Shown in pieces: positions 44,628 through 54,600 of a stretch of DNA of 64,000 nucleotides (the first letter of the stretch is position 1; every line of letters starts with the position of its first letter). Position numbers and translations under genes: made by a program. The notes beneath the pieces are model-generated. The model saw only the letters and a list, made by a program, of their open reading frames with translations. It made no database searches and was not told where the DNA came from. The stretch is from a virus. Lineage: Duplodnaviria > Caudoviricetes. The stretch spans positions 1 to 64,000 of IMG/VR virus record IMGVR_UViG_3300012827_000001; one strand, written 5' to 3'.

Positions 44628-45110
44628 ATGAGCGAGACCCTTTCCCCGGAGACCTGGGAGAAGACGATCCCGGGCGGCGTGTGGGTGCTGACCGTGGACC
44701 ACGTCGGCAACGAGAAGCCGAAGCGACTCAAAGGCCCGTCGGGCTTCCGGTTCCGTGTCCACCCGCGTGAGCGCGAGGCGGTGAGCGCCAAGTACGCGTT
44801 CCCGGAGCAGGACCCGTTCCGCAATGGCATCCTCAAGCCGGTGAGCCTGACCCCGGATGAGGTCGACGAGCGCGTTCCGGATCATGACTCCGAGCAGGCT
44901 CTGAACAACGAGGACCTGGTCGCGCTGTTCGCGAAGAGCGGTATGGCGTTCCACTCCGCAGTGAAGAAGCTCAACGAGGTGAACGCCCGCCGGCTGCTGG
45001 ATCTGGCCGGCGAGAACGCTGAGGCGGTGACGACCGCTCAGAAGGAGTTTCTGGAGAAGCACGTCGCGGAGAACTTCCTCAAGCAGACCACGGGCCACGG
45101 CGTCGACTGA
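44628..45110 (+). CDS. Hypothetical head-tail region protein
   Basis: GGAGGAG RBS. Confidence 0.7.
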   Translation: MSETLSPETWEKTIPGGVWVLTVDHVGNEKPKRLKGPSGFRFRVHPREREAVSAKYAFPEQDPFRNGILKPVSLTPDEVDERVPDHDSEQALNNEDLVALFAKSGMAFHSAVKKLNEVNARRLLDLAGENAEAVTTAQKEFLEKHVAENFLKQTTGHGVD

Positions 45111-45184
45111 GGGGCTGAGGGCCCACCGGTCGTGCTGGGGGAATCCGGCCGGTGGGCCCTCGCCGTAGGTCGAGTGGAGGGGAC

Positions 45185-45682
45185 ATGACAGACGTCAGCG
45201 ACCTGGTGGGCGCCTACAAGCGCGAGGTGTCTGCCCTTGGTGATTTCGACGCGGCGTTCCCGAATGCCACCGATGCGGCGATCACCGGGCTCCTGATGGA
45301 CGCGTTCGGTGAGGCTCAGCTCGACGGGTTCTTCCAGACGATGACGCTGGACGTGGACCTGGAAGCCGTCACTCCGGATCTGTCGGCGGCGGGTGCGGCC
45401 CTTGTGGTTCTGTACGCCGGCATCAAGACCCTCCGCAACCAGATCCTCACCGCGGGCGCAGAGTCGCGCTACAAGGCTGGCCCGGTGGAGTACCTGACGA
45501 AGCAGAACTCGTACGCGCAGACCGAGCTGTTGAAGCAGCTTGAGCGTCGCCGTGACGGGCTCATCGAGCAGGCGCGGTACGGCCGGGGGACCCCGGTGTA
45601 CCAGATGGATGCGTACTCTGCGCGGGGCCTGGCCGCTATCGGCGGCTTCGCGTCCTATGAGACGGCCCTCGGGGGCTGGTGA
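45185..45682 (+). CDS. Head-tail adaptor-like protein
   Basis: Position; ESRYKAGPVEY pattern. Confidence 0.55.
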   Translation: MTDVSDLVGAYKREVSALGDFDAAFPNATDAAITGLLMDAFGEAQLDGFFQTMTLDVDLEAVTPDLSAAGAALVVLYAGIKTLRNQILTAGAESRYKAGPVEYLTKQNSYAQTELLKQLERRRDGLIEQARYGRGTPVYQMDAYSARGLAAIGGFASYETALGGW

Positions 45683-46140
45683 TGGCCACGGCGATTTCCG
45701 GCTTCGACGCCGCCGCCGTCCGCGAGGGGTTCCGCCTGCCGATGCGGATGGCGCTCCCGAATGACCCTGAGCGCCGCCCTGAGTTCGTGCGCGAGGAGAT
45801 TCCTGCGGGCGCAGGAATCGACGACGACGGCATCCCGCTGGATCCTACCCAGGAGGTGGACCCGGTCGAGCCGATCCGGAGCCGGGTCCTGTGCGCCATC
45901 GAGTGGCTGCGCCCCGGCCAGGAGGAGCAGAACTTCACGACGACGAGCCCGGCCGCTCTGCGCATCACGCTTCTCGATGAGGAGTACGAGCAGGTCGAGG
46001 GTTTCGACTACGTGAACATCTGGGCCAGCGCCACGGATGACAAGCCGGTGCGGTTCTACTTCCGCAGGATCTTCCAGCAGGTCAACCTCGACACGGTCGG
46101 GGTTTGGACCATTGAGGTGTCTACGGAGGATGCACAGTGA
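45682..46140 (+). CDS. Head-tail connector region protein
   Basis: Coupled; position. Confidence 0.55.
   Translation: MATAISGFDAAAVREGFRLPMRMALPNDPERRPEFVREEIPAGAGIDDDGIPLDPTQEVDPVEPIRSRVLCAIEWLRPGQEEQNFTTTSPAALRITLLDEEYEQVEGFDYVNIWASATDDKPVRFYFRRIFQQVNLDTVGVWTIEVSTEDAQ
45798..45819. promoter_or_regulatory. Intragenic palindrome copy
   Basis: GATTCCTGC GGGC GCAGGAATC, both arms perfect. Confidence 0.7.
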
Positions 46141-46283
46141 TGCTTCGTTGCTGCCCCGGCCCGCGCATGTTCGCGTGCTGGGTGGATGAGATCCTTCACG
46201 CGCTCGGCATTCATTGGTCCCTCGTGTGCGATTGGCATGACCGCATGATCTGGGGCGACTACTGGGATGAGGTCGACCAGTGA
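46140..46283 (+). CDS. 47-aa Cys/His/Trp-rich peptide (not in ORF track)
   Basis: Exactly fills the gap, with TGATG and GTGA couplings. Confidence 0.55.
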   Translation: MLRCCPGPRMFACWVDEILHALGIHWSLVCDWHDRMIWGDYWDEVDQ

Positions 46284-46777
46284 TTCGTTTCGCACGTCGC
46301 TACATCCAGCAGTCGTTCCGTGATGAGTTGCGTACGTTCCTCGGCGAGTACGGCTGGCTGGATGGTTCGGCTGTTCCTGCGGCTGGTGCCTTCGAGATGA
46401 AGGAGCGTGCCCCGAAGCCGTCGGACATGGAGACGACTGGCGAGAACACGATCTACGTGTCGTTCGGCGACGAGCCGGATGTTCGCCCTCTTCAGCTTGG
46501 CGGCGGGTTGCTGCGCACGGAGCGTGTGTTCTTCGTGGATGTCGTGGCCGAGCGTGAGTCTGTGGGCGACATGCTGGCGGGCGAGGTCAAGGATCGTCTG
46601 ACGGGTCTGTTCGGCGGGACTCGTTATCTGCGCCCGGTGGATCCTCAGGGCGCAGCACTGCCGGGTTACCTGGTCGAGTTCACGGATGTCGCGATGCGTC
46701 AGGCCGAGGGTGAGCGGCGTACGTGGTTCGTGGTCGACGGGACGCTGCAGATCGACTTTCCAGGGAGCGACGACTGA
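46280..46777 (+). CDS. Tail terminator/completion-like protein
   Basis: Position and size. Confidence 0.55.
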   Translation: MIRFARRYIQQSFRDELRTFLGEYGWLDGSAVPAAGAFEMKERAPKPSDMETTGENTIYVSFGDEPDVRPLQLGGGLLRTERVFFVDVVAERESVGDMLAGEVKDRLTGLFGGTRYLRPVDPQGAALPGYLVEFTDVAMRQAEGERRTWFVVDGTLQIDFPGSDD

Positions 46778-46935
46778 TGGCTTCTGTGTTGGAGGAGATC
46801 GTCCGCCCGCTGGTAATTCTGCGCGCTCGGTGCTGTCGGGACTGGCCGACCCTGGCGATGACGCGCATGGGTCGCTGTGGTTACTGCGGCGAGCGGCCGG
46901 CCGTGGTGGGCATGTGGGATGAGGAGGCGTCGTGA
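46777..46935 (+). CDS. 52-aa zinc-ribbon peptide
   Basis: RCCRDWP...RCGYCG; coupled at both ends. Confidence 0.6.
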   Translation: MASVLEEIVRPLVILRARCCRDWPTLAMTRMGRCGYCGERPAVVGMWDEEAS

Positions 46936-47156
46936 GCGCACGAGCGAAGCGGGCCGCTGGCTGGCGGGTCGACGCGGAGCTGGCCGACTTGGAGGTCCAC
47001 GTCCGCCCGGTGGGCGACGCGATCACGCATGACTTCCACCCGGACTGCCTGTGCGGCCCCATGCCCGAGCCGCACATCAACTCGGTCGACGACGTCGTGT
47101 GGATCTACACACATCACTCCTTGGATGGGCGCGAGAAGCGGGAGCGTGCGCGATGA
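46932..47156 (+). CDS. Small His/Cys protein
   Basis: HVRP...H...CLCGP...HHSLDGRE. Confidence 0.65.
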   Translation: MSARAKRAAGWRVDAELADLEVHVRPVGDAITHDFHPDCLCGPMPEPHINSVDDVVWIYTHHSLDGREKRERAR

Positions 47157-47434
47157 CTGAGGACCCGATGGCTGCGGCGGTCGTCCGGCAGCGCAGGCGC
47201 GTCGTGGCAGCCATCCTTGGGCATGTGGAGCGCGAGATCGTCCCGCTCCTGCCGGCCGGCAGCCGTGATGCCGCCTACCAGGATCTGCGCCAGAAGGTGT
47301 TGACGTCGACTGCGGCGTACCAGGACTTCATGCTTGATGCGATACGTGGGGCCACGCAGGGCGTGTGGGTGTCCGATGATGTGCTGGAGATGCTTGCGGA
47401 CATCTCGTCCCAGCTCCGCAACCAGGAGACCTGA
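47153..47434 (+). CDS. Hypothetical protein
   Basis: ATGA coupling. Confidence 0.65.
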   Translation: MTEDPMAAAVVRQRRRVVAAILGHVEREIVPLLPAGSRDAAYQDLRQKVLTSTAAYQDFMLDAIRGATQGVWVSDDVLEMLADISSQLRNQET

Positions 47435-48195
47435 TGGCCACCCCGCCGCGGTTGATCCGGCGGATCCCGATCTCCGACACGGGCTTGTTCCTGACGGTGT
47501 GGGTGCGATCCACCTCGAACAGCGGTGTGTTCGGCGCTTTGAACGAGCGGGCGTCAGCCGACCAGTGGCCGCGGATCTTGGCGTTCCTGTCGCGCTACTA
47601 CGAGGCGATGGCGAACGAGATTAACGACCTTGCGGTGTCGGAGTTCGAGAAGACCCGCCGGCGGGGGTGGGTTGCGACGAACCGTCTGAAGGCAGCGCTG
47701 ACGGATGAGCGGAACATGTTCATCCCGGGGTCGAAGGACGCGCTCTACGTGGGCGTGCCGGGGTTCCTTGACAACTCGCAGGCCAAGTACTGGCGCCAGA
47801 TCGAGGAGGGCTCGCGGGTTCACGTCGGCCGTCTCATCCACGGCGTCTGGGGGTCGAAGCTGTCAGGCGGGTGGGCACAGGGACGCACGGGACGTTACGC
47901 CCTAGCGTCGTCCCCGTACTCGCCGCACGGCAAGGGGTCGGGGCAGAAGTTCCAACCCCTGTCGACGATGGAGGGCACGCTCTCCGAGGTCAGGCGCAAG
48001 CACCCGGGGATGTCGACCGAGGCGCGCATCGGCAGGGCCATCCCGAAGTCGGACTACTACACGAAGGCGTGGGAGCAGTTCCGGCGCACGAACCGGCCGC
48101 TGCAGCTGCTCCGTGCAGCGTTCACGCAGCAGTTCGGGCTGAAGGCTCCGACGTCATACGAGGGCCTCATGAACGGCATCCTTGACAACACCTAG
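47434..48195 (+). CDS. Putative tail component (neck/gp10-like)
   Basis: YWRQIEEGSRV pattern; position before the tail tube. Confidence 0.45.
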   Translation: MATPPRLIRRIPISDTGLFLTVWVRSTSNSGVFGALNERASADQWPRILAFLSRYYEAMANEINDLAVSEFEKTRRRGWVATNRLKAALTDERNMFIPGSKDALYVGVPGFLDNSQAKYWRQIEEGSRVHVGRLIHGVWGSKLSGGWAQGRTGRYALASSPYSPHGKGSGQKFQPLSTMEGTLSEVRRKHPGMSTEARIGRAIPKSDYYTKAWEQFRRTNRPLQLLRAAFTQQFGLKAPTSYEGLMNGILDNT

Positions 48196-48801
48196 CTCGA
48201 TGGCCTTGGTGAGGTCGGCGCAGGACTGTGCGTAGGCGGCTCGATAGAGGGTGACCCACGCCTGGAGCTTCTTGCCCCGCAGTTGGTCCACTTGGGCGTG
48301 GGTCATGGTCTCCATCCTTGCGGTCCCTAGCTCGCCCTCTGGCAGGCTGGGGATGAACTTCAGGCCCTTCAGGACCTCCGCTGCCTCCCGGAGGATGGGG
48401 ATCCATGTCCCGTCGATCAACCAGCCCATCCGCCAGGGCAGATCGACGGGGTCAAGGCCGCCCAGCCAGGGGTCGGCGCCTTTAGGCCCGGTGGCCATCA
48501 GATCCTTCAGTGCAAGTGGGGCGCGGCGGAGCAAGTTGATCATTTCGCGGTCGTGGCGCAGGTTGACGATGCGGGTCACCACCTTCTGGCGAGCGACCCA
48601 GAGGGCTTGGTGCACATCCCGACCGTTCCAGGTCGGCTGAAGCGCCTCCGGGCAGGCGATGCCAGCCTCAACGCCCCACCCGGTGCAGGTCCGGTAGTCC
48701 CAGGCGATCTGGTCGGGCTCGTGCAGCCAGTCCATCGCCCGGCCCATGCCCCAGGCGTACACCTCTTCCTGGGTGGCGTAGGGGTTGTCGATCGTCGGCA
48801 T
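48154..48801 (-). CDS. Counter-oriented hypothetical protein (moron-like)
   Basis: Long ORF filling a gap with no + strand gene; start assigned to MPTIDNP. Confidence 0.65.
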   Translation of the reverse strand: MPTIDNPYATQEEVYAWGMGRAMDWLHEPDQIAWDYRTCTGWGVEAGIACPEALQPTWNGRDVHQALWVARQKVVTRIVNLRHDREMINLLRRAPLALKDLMATGPKGADPWLGGLDPVDLPWRMGWLIDGTWIPILREAAEVLKGLKFIPSLPEGELGTARMETMTHAQVDQLRGKKLQAWVTLYRAAYAQSCADLTKAIELGVVKDAVHEALV

Positions 48802-48942
48802 GTGCTCATGGTGCCTCTGGCGGCGCACGAGGTCCAGGTCCAGCGATTCCTGCGCCCGCAGAGATGTTGGCACTGTCGAGTGATGCCTCTGATGGGGCCA
48901 CTAGACGCTGCGCCCCTTGGACTCATCTAGGAGGGCGATCTA

Positions 48943-50445
48943 GTGGCGATCAAGGCCGGATCCATGATTACCGCCGGGAACGGCCAGGCGCTCATCGAGC
49001 GTCTGCAGTCCGGCGGCCCTGGGACGCTGAACATCCCCAAGGAGAAGATCTACGAGCTCGGCAACTACGAGTCGGTTGCGACCGTCTACGACACGCCCGA
49101 GCTGACGTTCACACTGGAGTCGTTCGACGTCTCCACGGACACCGAGCAGATGCTCGTGGACGCGACCACGGCTGATGTGCTGACGAACGGCATCGACCTG
49201 GCTGCCGCCAAGTCGCTCAACATCGCGCAGAACTTCAAGCCGGGCAAGAAGCTCGCGAACCCGTACGTTGCGGCGAACGGTGTCGCGATCCCGGCGCTGA
49301 TGATCGAGAGCGCTTCGTACCGTTTTGGTCTGCGCGAGAACGCGACCGAGACGTTCACACTGCGCGGCGACTCGATCTACTACTGCCCCGGCGCGGTGTA
49401 CGTCGACCAGTACACGGGTACGAACACGCCCGGCCAGACGGTCGTCACGACGCACCCGGGCTACCCGTACACGGACTCGAACGGCACGCGGCGCATTCTG
49501 GCCGTGACGGTTGGGACGAAGCGACTCACCGAGGGCCCTGACTTCACGGTGACCTACGGCACCATCACCGCTGACGCGGCCATCGCGACGGTGACGGTGA
49601 CTGAGGCGGTCCCGGTGACCGACACGATTCGCGTGATGTACCACTCGCCGGACACGATCACGTACCCGCAGGAGATCCACACTCCGGCGACGCTGAAGCC
49701 GGCGGCCGTCAAGGGCAAGGACATCGACATCTACGTCGGTGGCTATGACCCGGAGGACCCGGCGGCCTCGGCGGCGAACAAGCTCACGGGTGTCCAGGAT
49801 GTGACGCTGGAGTGGCGGGTGACGCAGGAGGAAGAGCGCGAGTTCGGCAACCCGAACGCAGTCTCGCGTGACTTCGACGTCCCGACGGTGAACGGCACGA
49901 TCGGGATCCTTCCGCGTGACGTCCCGGACCTGTACTCGAAGCTCCGCAAGATCACGGGTGTCTCCTCGACGACGGCTGCGATCGGCCCGGACCTGGCGGC
50001 ACTGCTTCCGCTGGACATCATCATCAAGGACGCGGAGTCCGGTGGGACCACGCTCAAGCGGTTCCACGTGCCGGACGTTCGGTTCTCTCTGCCTGGTTAC
50101 GCCCCGCGAGTCGAGCAGAACGTCACGCTGTCGCTGGAGTGGGAGTCCGACACGGGCGCCCTGACCATCCACCGCGACCTGGGCGACCCGGTCGTGACGG
50201 GTCTTGACCCGGCGACCGACGACGAGGCCGGCGGTGCGGAGGTCGTCATCACGGGTGCGAACTTTGTCGGCGTGACGGCTGTGGCGTTCGGTGCGGTCCC
50301 GGCGACGTCGTACACGGTGGACAACCACCGCCAGATCACGGCCATCGCCCCGGCGGGCACGGGCACGGTCGACGTCACCGTGACGACCGCGGCCGGCACC
50401 TCGGTCGCGAGCGACGACTCGGAGTTCGTCTACACCGACGACTGA
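48943..50445 (+). CDS. Major tail tube protein with C-terminal IPT/TIG Ig domain
   Basis: GGAGGG RBS; PVVTGLDP...GGAEVVITGANF...VAFG...ITAIAPAG. Confidence 0.85.
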   Translation: MAIKAGSMITAGNGQALIERLQSGGPGTLNIPKEKIYELGNYESVATVYDTPELTFTLESFDVSTDTEQMLVDATTADVLTNGIDLAAAKSLNIAQNFKPGKKLANPYVAANGVAIPALMIESASYRFGLRENATETFTLRGDSIYYCPGAVYVDQYTGTNTPGQTVVTTHPGYPYTDSNGTRRILAVTVGTKRLTEGPDFTVTYGTITADAAIATVTVTEAVPVTDTIRVMYHSPDTITYPQEIHTPATLKPAAVKGKDIDIYVGGYDPEDPAASAANKLTGVQDVTLEWRVTQEEEREFGNPNAVSRDFDVPTVNGTIGILPRDVPDLYSKLRKITGVSSTTAAIGPDLAALLPLDIIIKDAESGGTTLKRFHVPDVRFSLPGYAPRVEQNVTLSLEWESDTGALTIHRDLGDPVVTGLDPATDDEAGGAEVVITGANFVGVTAVAFGAVPATSYTVDNHRQITAIAPAGTGTVDVTVTTAAGTSVASDDSEFVYTDD

Positions 50446-50479
50446 TCCGCTCGTCCCGCTTGTTCAGCGGGAGGGCCAC

Positions 50480-50536
50480 CCAGAGGCCGGTCGAGTGCTC
50501 CTCGTGAAGAGGGGCCTCGACCGGCCTCTGTTCTTT
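50480..50536 (+). terminator. Terminator after the tail tube gene
   Basis: CAGAGGCCGGTCGAG...CTCGACCGGCCTCTG followed by TTCTTT. Confidence 0.75.
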
Positions 50537-50569
50537 GGACTGGGGCAGTACCGGGATTGGGAGGGCCTG

Positions 50570-51403
50570 ATGGCCAAGACGTTGCAGCGCATCCAGAGGT
50601 TGTTCCAGCGGGGCGAGGTTCTGCGACTTGGCGACGACGTCGTCGTGTGGGTCGGCAAGCTGAACGCCTTCGAGAAGGATGAGGCGCTGAAGGACGCCCG
50701 GCACGCGCGCGCGCTGCGGATGGTGGCGTTCGACCGGGACGAGGACCAGCAGGTGCAGGTCCAGGTGGTCCTGAACGAGTCGACGGATCGCGACCTGCAG
50801 GAGTCGCTGCTGCAGCGCAAGGCTGGCGAGCTTCTCGTCAGGGCGGACGACGAGGTCCGTGCGGACGAGAAGTGGAAGGAGCGCCTGGAGATCCTGGATC
50901 GCGCCCCTGTCGCAGATGACGGGCGGACGTCGGAGCAGGAGCAGAAGGTGCTGCTGGATCTCGTCGTGGAGTACGAGAAGGCCGTGAGCGTCCTGCACCA
51001 GCGGTTCATGCGAGACGAGCTCCAGGACCTGAAGAAGCAGTCCAGGGACGAGCTGGAGAAGGCGTACCTGGTTGCGTGGCGGGAGATGCTCGGCAACACC
51101 GCGTTCTACGAGGCGAAGCGTCAGAGCGAGCTGTGGTATTCGCTGCACGAGTGCACGGTGTCGTTTGACGAGGACGGCGATCCGCTGATGGAGACGCTTG
51201 TCGTGGGTGAGCGCCTGTGTGAAGGGCGCGAGGAGGTGAACACCCTCCCGGACGAGGTTGTCGTGAAGGCGTTGCGCGTGCTGGACGGCGAGATGACACC
51301 GCGTGAAGCGGGAAACTCGGACGCTCCGTCGGCTTCCTCCGGGTCGTCGGAGCAGCGAAGCGCGGCGGAGGAATCAGTTCCCTCTACCCCGACGGGGATG
51401 TGA
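50570..51403 (+). CDS. Tail assembly chaperone (G-like)
   Basis: Between tail tube and tape measure; slippery site near the 3' end. Confidence 0.8.
   Translation: MAKTLQRIQRLFQRGEVLRLGDDVVVWVGKLNAFEKDEALKDARHARALRMVAFDRDEDQQVQVQVVLNESTDRDLQESLLQRKAGELLVRADDEVRADEKWKERLEILDRAPVADDGRTSEQEQKVLLDLVVEYEKAVSVLHQRFMRDELQDLKKQSRDELEKAYLVAWREMLGNTAFYEAKRQSELWYSLHECTVSFDEDGDPLMETLVVGERLCEGREEVNTLPDEVVVKALRVLDGEMTPREAGNSDAPSASSGSSEQRSAAEESVPSTPTGM
51310..51316 (+). other. Programmed -1 frameshift site G GGA AAC
   Basis: X XXY YYZ in frame 0; the -1 frame is open (GKLGRSVG...) into ORF 51400..51645. Confidence 0.9.
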
Positions 51404-51645
51404 CGAAGGCCGGCTGGGACCTTATCGAGGCGGTCACCGCGGCGATGGGGGTGCTTGGCTGGTTCGAGCTCCCTGAGGACGAGTTGCCGCCGGAGAAGTA
51501 CTGGCATTCCACCGAGTTGGTGGAGGAGTGGTTCGAGGCCGTAAAGCGTCGCAGGCAGGACCGCGCCAAGGGTATCGAGTCGATCGAGATGCCTGAGGGT
51601 GAGGACGACTACGTGGATGACGAGGTCGCTGCTCTGCGTGGCTGA
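51400..51645 (+). CDS. Tail assembly chaperone frameshift extension (T-like)
   Basis: In the -1 frame relative to the chaperone. Confidence 0.8.
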   Translation: MTKAGWDLIEAVTAAMGVLGWFELPEDELPPEKYWHSTELVEEWFEAVKRRRQDRAKGIESIEMPEGEDDYVDDEVAALRG

Positions 51646-51665
51646 CGGGGAACGGGGGTGGCATC

Positions 51666-54600
51666 TTGGCTGAGGCTGAAGACGTCTACAAGGTCGGAAT
51701 CGAGTACCAGGGCGGCGCCGCCGTCAACAGTTTCGGCACCGACATGGACAAGGTCCAGCTCTCCGTTCAGGAGATGTTGGCCGGCCTCGGCAATTTGGGC
51801 GTCGACCAGAACCTTCTTCGGCGCAACGCCCAGCGTGCTGTCAACACTCTCAACACCGAGCTCAACCGGGCGATGGCGAGCGCCCAGAACCACGGCGGCG
51901 CCCAGCTTCCGGCGAACCTGGGTAGCCGGTTCGCGATGGCCGCAGGCATTCCGGAGCGCAACAACCGGCAGTTCGCCACGATGGCGTCGGCGGCGGAGCG
52001 GTACGCCCAGTCCATCATCCGCGCCGCGACGACGACGACGAACGCTTTCGGGCAGCGAACCCAGATGGATCCGCTGCGGCCGTTCCGCGAGGGGATCGTC
52101 CAGGCCGACCTGCAGACTGGACGGCTGAGCCGTTCCATTTCCGAGCTTCAGGCGAAGCAGGTCGCTCTCTCCCGGGTGCGCACCCCGCTGGAGAAGGACG
52201 TCAACACCCTCTCGCGGGCGAACCTTCAGCCGGAGACGAAGCAGATCCTGGCGCGGTCGTGGTCGGCTTCTGTCGCACCCGAGATCGCACGCGTTACGCC
52301 TCCGCGCCCGGCGCCGCAGCTCGATTCGGATGCTTTCCGGCTGGATGTCGCTCGCGCCCTGGCGGCCCCGCGGTCAGACGCAGAGCGCGCGATGGGTGCC
52401 ACCTGGCCCCGTCAGCGGGCCCAGGATGTTGCGGGCTCCTTCGGGTTCGAGAACACGCAGCAGCTCAATGCGTTTGCCCGCGCGAACCAGGACGTCGTTG
52501 TCGCGGCTCGCGAGGAGGTGCGGGCCCGCCAGGCGGCCATCGCGGCACTTCATGCCGAGCAGCGCGCCAGGGCGACCGTGCAGCCGGGACGCTACTACCA
52601 GGGTGGCGGGCGGACCGGTGCGGCATGGGACTTTTCGCTTGACCCGTCGGCGGCCGACCGGCAGAACTTTGCATTCGGGTCGTACCAGGCGAACATGCCT
52701 GCTTCGCTGCGTGCGACGAGCCAGGCTATCCGTGAGGGTCAGCGTCTGGCGCTGGACGACTTCTCCAAGAGCCTTCCCCGCGGAGAGTCTGTTCGCCTCG
52801 GCTCCGCAAGCGCCGGCCGCATGCAGCAGGCATACGCCTTCGGGAGTTACCGGGAGAACATCGAGTACAGCCGACTCCTGCGTCAGGCTGGTGCTGACAC
52901 CCCGGTCCTGAATGGTCTTGTTCGCTCGGGCGACTCTGTCCGCCTTGGCTCCACGCGTGCCGCACGCATGGAGCAGCAGTACAACTATGGCGGCTACCGG
53001 GAGAACATCGCGGCAGCCAGGGCCGCTCGGCGGGTTCCCTTCCGTGAGTCGTTCATGACCGGGTGGGGCTCGTCGGACGAGAAGCCGTTCGGGCAGATGG
53101 TGGGCCAGACGGCCCGCATCTCCCTGTTCTACGGTGTTGCGTATCGCGCACTCTCGACGCTGCAGCAGGTCCTCTCCGAGACTGTTACTGAGACCCTCGC
53201 CTACGAGGACGCACTCACCAACCTGAACCTGGTGACGAACCGGAGTCGGGAGTCGTCCGCTGCTCTGGCGTCGACGCTGACCGACATTGCTGCTAGCGCA
53301 GGTTTCACGTCATCGCAGGGTGTCGAGCTCGGGGCTCGCGCCGTGGGCCTGTACGGTGTCGCGTCCGCCGACGCGGCGACGCAGGAGCGCGCGATCGAGG
53401 TGTCGGCGCAGGTTGCAACCCGCATGGCCCGAGTCTCCGGCGGCGACCCGATCGCCACGCAGACCCAGCTCGCCGGCGCTCTGCGCTCGCTGGGCTGGGG
53501 GATCGAGCGACTCCCCGAGCTTGAGGACACGATCTCCTACCTGTCCCGCCAGACGGGCCAGTCGCCGGCGGAGCTCCTCGGGGCGTTCTCGAACGTCCAG
53601 ACCTTGGCCTCGCAGGGCGGGTTCACCCCGCAGCAGACGGCTGCCATCCTCGCGCAGGTCGCGACGACGACGGGCCAGAACCCTGAGGCCACGGCGGGCC
53701 AGTTCCGCCAGCTCTTCTCCCGTGGCGCTGACACGATCGCCCCTCGCGCGAGTGAGATCACCGGCGTCGACATGACGGGGATGGATCTCCAGCAGATCTT
53801 CGCCACGGTCTCCCAGCTCAACCTGTCTGCCAACCAGCTCAACCAGTTCGCGTCGCTCTTCGGCAAGGGCGGGTCTCAGCAGGTCGCCACCATCCTCACT
53901 CAGCAGTACGGGGCCGTCCAGGGCCTGGTGACGGGCGCAGAGGGCGCCCAGGGCTTCGGTCAGGACGCTTTCGACCGTGTGATGGAGTCCATCGGGAACC
54001 GTCTGCGCGTCCTCGGGTCGACGGCCGCTGAGTTCAGCGTCAACCTCGTCGAGACGGGCATCCTTGACTGGTTCGCCCTGGTGGTGGTGGCGGCGCAGAA
54101 CCTCGTCGACATCGGCAACAACGTCCTGGAGCTCTTCAACTCGCTGCCTCGCCCGCTGCGGGCTGTGGCGCTGGCCCTGGGCGAGGTGTACGCGGCTGCG
54201 TTGATCGCACAGCGCATGGGTTGGACGACTGCAGGGGCTCACGCCGCCGAGGGCTTGGCCCGGCCCTGGACAAGGGCTGCGACTCGTGTCCTGGCGGCCC
54301 CTGGGCAGATCTGGCGGGGCCTGAACGAGCCGATGACACGCGCTGGCGCGGTCCAGTTGCGGGGGCAGATCGGTGAGGCCCTGCGTGGGGTGCTCGCTGC
54401 TGGGGGCCCCCTGAAGCTCCCTGCGGGTCAGGTGCAGTCCGGTGTGCTTGGGCGCGTGCCCGGCCTGGGCCGACTGACGGGTCTGGGCACCTTGGGCGCT
54501 GTCGGCCTTGCGGCGGCCGGGGTGTATGGGGTTGGTACCGCGATCGGCAACACGATGCGCGGCGACACCTTGGTGCAGGAGGCACGGAATGCCTCTCTCG

